DNA from: an uncultured archaeon
GTDB lineage: Archaea > Asgardarchaeota > Thorarchaeia > Thorarchaeales > Thorarchaeaceae
Assembly (NCBI GenBank): GCA_964354495.1
Contig: CAYHAA010000019.1
Span: forward strand, 1-32,000
Length of the DNA stretch: 32,000 bases
Direction of reading: 5' to 3'
Shown here: positions 27,586-32,000 of the stretch, in pieces
Layout: each line of letters starts with the position of its first letter
Numbering within the stretch: the stretch's first letter is position 1
Notes under the pieces: model-generated
Seen by the model: only the letters and a program-made list of their open reading frames with translations
What the model was told of the DNA's origin: nothing
Databases searched by the model: none
Position numbers and translations under genes: made by a program

Positions 27586-28518
27586 TTAGCCCCGTACCTT
27601 GTTCATCCTCTCCAGTATGGTTCGTATATGAGGAATATACTGTTCAGGCACAGTGACTCTGTTTTCCTCCGGGAAGTTCTCCAGGACACTGATGATCTTT
27701 TCCAAGGTATGCTTCTTCATTTGTCGGCATATCGCAGCATCATACACGGGAATTATCTTCTTCTCCGGATGCCTCTTTTGTAGTTGTTGAACCATGCCTA
27801 GTTCTGTGGCAATCAGGAACACCTTTGCATCGGACTCAGCCACCGTCTTTGCCATCATCCCAGTGGACCCAACCATATCTGCGGCATCCTGAACCTCAAT
27901 GGGGCACTCGGGATGAGCTATCGCCACAGAGTCGGGATACTTTGCCCTCAATGACTTGAACATCTCAAGATTGAACATATTGTGTACGTAGCAATGGCCC
28001 TCCTCATCCAAGTCAATGATCTGAACTGAGGTGTGCTTTCTGACATAGTTCGCAAGATTGACGTCGGGCCCAAAGAGCACCGTGTCAACTCCGAGTGACT
28101 CCACGACCTCGACTGCACTACCTGATGTGCATATCATGTCAGCCTCGGATTTTGCTTCAGCAGTTGTATTCACATAGACAACGACAGGGACACCCGGATA
28201 CTCTCTCTTCTTCGCTCGTATCTTCTCCGCATCAAGGCATGCTGCAAGGGGACAGAGTGCCTTGGGATCAGGAATGTAGACGGAGACTTCAGGTGAGAGG
28301 ATTGCCGCCATCTCGGCCATAAAGCGCACTCCTGCGAAGAGGATGGCGCTGTGGGCATTCGACTCAGCAGACTTCCTAGCAAGTTGGAGAGAGTCTCCCA
28401 CAAAGTCAGCTATATCCTGAATGTCTAAAGTCTGGTAGTTGTGAGCCAGAATGAGGACTCTCTTCTGTCCCTTCAAACTAAGAATCTTCTTCTGAAGCTT
28501 GTTGTATCTAGGCGGCAT
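27586..28518 (-). CDS. nadA: Quinolinate synthase A
   Basis: LAHNYQ, GDSLQLA, GVRFMAE, YVNT and HPEC motifs; three [4Fe-4S] cysteines (ALCPLA, GHCYVH, AICRQMK). Confidence 0.96.
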   Translation of the reverse strand: MPPRYNKLQKKILSLKGQKRVLILAHNYQTLDIQDIADFVGDSLQLARKSAESNAHSAILFAGVRFMAEMAAILSPEVSVYIPDPKALCPLAACLDAEKIRAKKREYPGVPVVVYVNTTAEAKSEADMICTSGSAVEVVESLGVDTVLFGPDVNLANYVRKHTSVQIIDLDEEGHCYVHNMFNLEMFKSLRAKYPDSVAIAHPECPIEVQDAADMVGSTGMMAKTVAESDAKVFLIATELGMVQQLQKRHPEKKIIPVYDAAICRQMKKHTLEKIISVLENFPEENRVTVPEQYIPHIRTILERMNKVRG

Positions 28519-28553
28519 ACAATTGCACCTTTTCTCAACTCGCCTAGAATTAC

Positions 28554-28626
28554 TTTTAATGAAATCTCAAACGGCAATGATTCCCGTGTAGAAGGGGAGT
28601 AGGCAACTTTTGCCATGTCATTTAAG
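28554..28626. promoter_or_regulatory. Divergent promoter region between nadA and the NAD kinase-wHTH gene
   Basis: TTAAAA on the - strand (28559-28554) and TTTAAG on the + strand (28621-28626) flank two GGCAA-N3-TT(G/C)CC motifs at 28573-28585 and 28602-28614. Confidence 0.5.
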
Positions 28627-28671
28627 TGGACTGAGCTCCAGTGAAGATGCGCCTATTTGATGGAGAATGCA

Positions 28672-29718
28672 ATGATGAGAATCGGTGTCATGTCTGGACT
28701 GGAAGCAGGCATGCTTGAGGACACCAAGAGCGTTATTGATACACTTGTCAAGAGCAAAGCAGAATTTGTCCTTGATGAGAAACTCGCGGACAGTATCGGA
28801 ATGAAGAGTGGTCCCACCAAGAGGATGAACGTAGACATCCTGACGATTATTGGATCTGACAGGTTTCTTTTGAAGACACTCTTGGAGCTCGGACAGGCTG
28901 ACACTCCAATCCTCCCAGTAGCCTCGAAGGGCCAGCCAGATTTTCTCTTCGATGTTCATGTGACAAATTTCGAGAGCGTCATTGATGACTTGCTTGAAGG
29001 GAGATGGAATCGTGAGGAGAAGAAACGGCTAGTTGCAGAAATCTCCGGAAAAGAGACCCCACCTCTCCTCAACGACATAGGCATTTTTGCACGGAGAAGT
29101 GCGACTCTGATACGATACTCACTTCTGTTAGGTGGAGAACATTTCTGGAAAGACGGAAGTGATGGATTGATAGTGGCCACGCCAACGGGCAGCACTGCTT
29201 ATTCGCTGAGTGTCGGTGGTCCGGTCATACTCAATGCCTCCCCCGTGTTTTCAATCATTCCCGTGAACAGTGTGAATCCTTCCAGAAGGCCGCTCATCTT
29301 GCCCGAAGACCTAGAAGTTGAGGTCAGAGACCTGACAAGTTCTGTCGCCATAGAGGCAGTTCTCGACGGCCAGATTAGAAGGAGAGTTGACAGCAAACCA
29401 GTCAGGATCCGGAGAGCCGACTCAAGTGCATTCTTCGTCAAATTCGAGGTGGAGAGGATTGCAGCCCTCAGGGGTAAGCTTCTAAAGAAGTCCGAGGCAT
29501 CAGAAGGGCACACTCAAGAACTCCCTCCGAGTGCGAAACTCGTTCTCAAGGTCCTTGAGTACCAAGACCAAATGAGCCAAAAGGAAATAATAGAGGAAAC
29601 GATGCTCCCTGCGAGGACAGTTCGCTATGCACTCTCACTCTTGATGAGTGAGGGACTGGTCACAAAGAAGCTGTCTCTTCGAGATAGTCGCCAGGGACTA
29701 TACCAAGTAAAAGAGTAG
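28672..29718 (+). CDS. nadK: NAD kinase family protein fused to a C-terminal winged helix-turn-helix
   Basis: LND, DGLIVATPTGSTAYSLSVGGP and VLDG kinase motifs; the GGDG motif is altered to GSDR; wHTH from LPPSAKLVLK (29521) to the end. Start could be 28657, 28660, 28672 or 28675. Confidence 0.85.
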   Translation: MMRIGVMSGLEAGMLEDTKSVIDTLVKSKAEFVLDEKLADSIGMKSGPTKRMNVDILTIIGSDRFLLKTLLELGQADTPILPVASKGQPDFLFDVHVTNFESVIDDLLEGRWNREEKKRLVAEISGKETPPLLNDIGIFARRSATLIRYSLLLGGEHFWKDGSDGLIVATPTGSTAYSLSVGGPVILNASPVFSIIPVNSVNPSRRPLILPEDLEVEVRDLTSSVAIEAVLDGQIRRRVDSKPVRIRRADSSAFFVKFEVERIAALRGKLLKKSEASEGHTQELPPSAKLVLKVLEYQDQMSQKEIIEETMLPARTVRYALSLLMSEGLVTKKLSLRDSRQGLYQVKE

Positions 29719-29757
29719 AGAAACCAAAGAAGAGAGGATTTCGACCTAAAGTATGGA

Positions 29758-31896
29758 GTGAAGGATTTGAAAGGGCCCCTAGAAACAAAGCACGAAGGAA
29801 TCAAGAGCATACTTCGCCAAGCAGAAGAGGATTTGAAGGAGGTTCTGAGAGGCAAGAAGGTGCCTGAGGGAGAGGGGTTTTTCGGTGAGTCTCGGGAGTT
29901 CATGGTGTTCGAGCTCGCCAAATCCAAGAATCAGGATACTGCAACGCTTCATATTGCTAATGCAGCCAACGAGGCCTTGCTTGAGATATTCAGGGATGTC
30001 AAAGAAGAAGCAAGTGCATCTGACTGTATTGAGTCAATGACTCTCTGCGCATACGGTCTCATCCTGGGAAATTACAATGAAGAGGATTTCCGTTTCTTGT
30101 ACAGGCAATCACTGCGGTATGTGAGAAATCAGAACACCATAGAAGAGTGGCTGCGCAACGCAATGGTCCTCCTTGCAGCAATCAACAACGATGACGCCCA
30201 TAGTCTTCTGACAGAAATACGCCACTGGATTCAGTTCCTTGGAGCACCTCTTTTCGGTACAACTTCCTTCATAGATGCCGGTAAGAAACTGGGGATAGAT
30301 TTACAGCCCATCGTCGAATCCGAGGAGTATCGTCTGGTGAATGCTGTCGCACGTCATCCACAGTATCTCAGTGAGGCTGTAATGAATAGGTCGTTCTTTG
30401 ACGCATTTGAATCGATGAAAGAGTGGGCGCCTGATGCTGTCCTGCTCAATCTTCTCAAGATAAAGAAAGAGGAGGTCTACGGACATGGGCAGAATGAGAT
30501 TAGACCAGACATGGCTGTTGAAGAAGCAGTCAAGACTATATCGAGAATATTTGTGAAAGAGCAATTCAGGACAAACAAGCAGACAGTCCTACCAGTGAGA
30601 CTTCAGGAGCTTGCTCGACCTCCGCCTGGCGAAGTTGTAGATCCAATCATCTTTGAGATGATACCGCAAAAGCTCCGAATGGATCTTCTTCCATCAGTTG
30701 CCTATTCTACCAAAATCAAGCACATTGAAATCATATTCCTCGGAGGGCACAGGATTGGTAGAAGCGGCATTCTCATAAAGACAGACACAGGCGGCATTCT
30801 GCTAGACTATGGTCTCTCAGTAGCGAATCACAGAATTCCTGAATGGATTCCGGAGATGGACATGATAGATACCGTTCTTATCAGCCACTCACATCTGGAT
30901 CATGTTGGAGGGCTACCAGTTCTCTATGAGGAGTTCACAGGGAAGTGGTGCTCTGTTGGTCCAACAGGAGCAGTCACAACGATTCTGCTTGACGATGCCC
31001 TGAAGGTTGGGACTCCATTCCCTCCTCGCAAGTATGATGAGCTAGATCTCATCTCACGCTACAATGAAGAGAATATACAGAAGGTCGCAAAGAACCACGT
31101 GAAACTGGAATACGGGCAGAGCAGTGAGGTCGGTCCGGGCATAGTTGTCACCCCCATCGATGCATGTCATATACCCGGAAGCGCAGTCTATGCAATAGAC
31201 ATTGAAGGCGTCAAGATTCTATACACTGGTGACTTCAATCTTGACAAATCAGTACTATTCCCTGGAGCAAACATACCTACTGATGCACAGTACGTTATCT
31301 ATGATGGCACCTACTGGGGGAGAGAGGATTTTGATAGAGCCAAGGTGGCAGAACAAATCAGCAGGACAGTTGCGACTCACGGACCAGTGATAATACCGAG
31401 CTTCGCCGTGGGACGCTCGCAGGAAATTCTGCTAATCTTGGAGGAACTTGGCATAACAAAGAACCGAAATGTCATGGTCACTGGGATGGCCGAGCGAGTG
31501 ACAAAGGTTGTGGGTGTTACAGGCAGCTGGCAGAGCATGAAGAAGAACAGGACGCATCTTGAAGAGGAGGATGTACTTGTTGCGGGAGGAGGCATGATGA
31601 GTGGCGGGCTTGCAAGGCAGCACTTCAACGAACAGAGAAACAATCCAAAGGCAGCAGTGATTCTCTGCGGGTATCTAGCTCCGAGAACTTCAGGATGGAA
31701 TCTTCTTCACGGCTATGAACCTCATGAGTGTGCTTTCGAATACGCTCGGTTAAGCGCTCATTCTTCATCGTCCAACCTTGAGAGATACGTCAACTCATGC
31801 AAAGGAAAGCGGATAATGGTGCATACACCAGTCTTCAGCCAGCCAAAGGGCATCATGATACCAAGCTACAAAGAGAGAATAACCATATCAATCTAG
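29758..31896 (+). CDS. MBL-fold beta-CASP ribonuclease (aCPSF-like) with an approximately 320-aa N-terminal extension
   Basis: LLDYG, HSHLDH, ACHIPG and YTGDF MBL motifs; beta-CASP motifs DGTY, SAH and VH; PSFAVGRSQE. Confidence 0.88.
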   Translation: MKDLKGPLETKHEGIKSILRQAEEDLKEVLRGKKVPEGEGFFGESREFMVFELAKSKNQDTATLHIANAANEALLEIFRDVKEEASASDCIESMTLCAYGLILGNYNEEDFRFLYRQSLRYVRNQNTIEEWLRNAMVLLAAINNDDAHSLLTEIRHWIQFLGAPLFGTTSFIDAGKKLGIDLQPIVESEEYRLVNAVARHPQYLSEAVMNRSFFDAFESMKEWAPDAVLLNLLKIKKEEVYGHGQNEIRPDMAVEEAVKTISRIFVKEQFRTNKQTVLPVRLQELARPPPGEVVDPIIFEMIPQKLRMDLLPSVAYSTKIKHIEIIFLGGHRIGRSGILIKTDTGGILLDYGLSVANHRIPEWIPEMDMIDTVLISHSHLDHVGGLPVLYEEFTGKWCSVGPTGAVTTILLDDALKVGTPFPPRKYDELDLISRYNEENIQKVAKNHVKLEYGQSSEVGPGIVVTPIDACHIPGSAVYAIDIEGVKILYTGDFNLDKSVLFPGANIPTDAQYVIYDGTYWGREDFDRAKVAEQISRTVATHGPVIIPSFAVGRSQEILLILEELGITKNRNVMVTGMAERVTKVVGVTGSWQSMKKNRTHLEEEDVLVAGGGMMSGGLARQHFNEQRNNPKAAVILCGYLAPRTSGWNLLHGYEPHECAFEYARLSAHSSSSNLERYVNSCKGKRIMVHTPVFSQPKGIMIPSYKERITISI

Positions 31897-32000
31897 GCCA
31901 CGATTTCAAGAACGCCATCGAGAACAAGCTTCGTTGCCACGAATTTCATGGCCTGCATGCTCACGTTAATCTTGCGGACTACATCCTCCATTGATGTTTG
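31893..32000 (-). CDS. 3' end of a convergent gene truncated by the window edge (wHTH-like C-terminus)
   Basis: Open frame QTSMEDVVRKINVSMQAMKFVATKLVLDGVLEIVA*; its TAG overlaps the RNase stop within CTAG. Confidence 0.65.
   Translation of the reverse strand, partial: QTSMEDVVRKINVSMQAMKFVATKLVLDGVLEIVA

Noticed and set aside
29758-31896. aCPSF1/FttA termination factor
   Set aside because: No N-terminal KH domains and no aCPSF1-type C-terminal dimerisation motif seen.
610-31994. Many short ORFs antisense to or nested in the called genes (for example 1767-2132, 4328-4726, 14281-14763, 19948-20412, 31797-31994)
   Set aside because: They overlap well-supported genes, are Ser/Pro/Arg-rich as expected for shadow frames, and carry no motifs.
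1-32000. tRNA, rRNA, CRISPR arrays, transposases, integrases
   Set aside because: No T-loop/cloverleaf, rRNA-like tract, regularly spaced repeats or recombinase motifs were seen by eye.

Overview
Gene-dense chromosomal window from an archaeon, most likely Asgard (Thorarchaeia-like). The lineage call is inference from the Sec11-type signal peptidase, the beta-CASP RNase, an archaeal REC-PAS-kinase, GGAGG/GGTGA Shine-Dalgarno sites and frequent TTG/GTG starts. About 27 genes are supported: three GNATs, a hybrid histidine kinase, a prenyltransferase-fold protein, MFS and Na/Pi transporters, ggt-aspA, signal peptidase I, an AAA+ ATPase, a stand-alone PAS protein, pirin, a Kbl/BioF-family enzyme, a frameshifted surface glycoprotein, a HAD hydrolase, nadA, an NAD kinase-wHTH fusion, a beta-CASP RNase with a long N-terminal extension, and several unknown proteins. 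I saw no tRNA, rRNA, CRISPR array or transposase. The best leads are: (1) an intergenic hairpin at 5726-5832 with archaeal H/ACA guide-RNA geometry whose pocket pairs with the universal 16S GGAUUAGAUAC motif; (2) nadA divergent from an NAD kinase-wHTH plus beta-CASP RNase pair, with two copies of a candidate operator between them. All calls are by eye; no database searches or folding programs were run.
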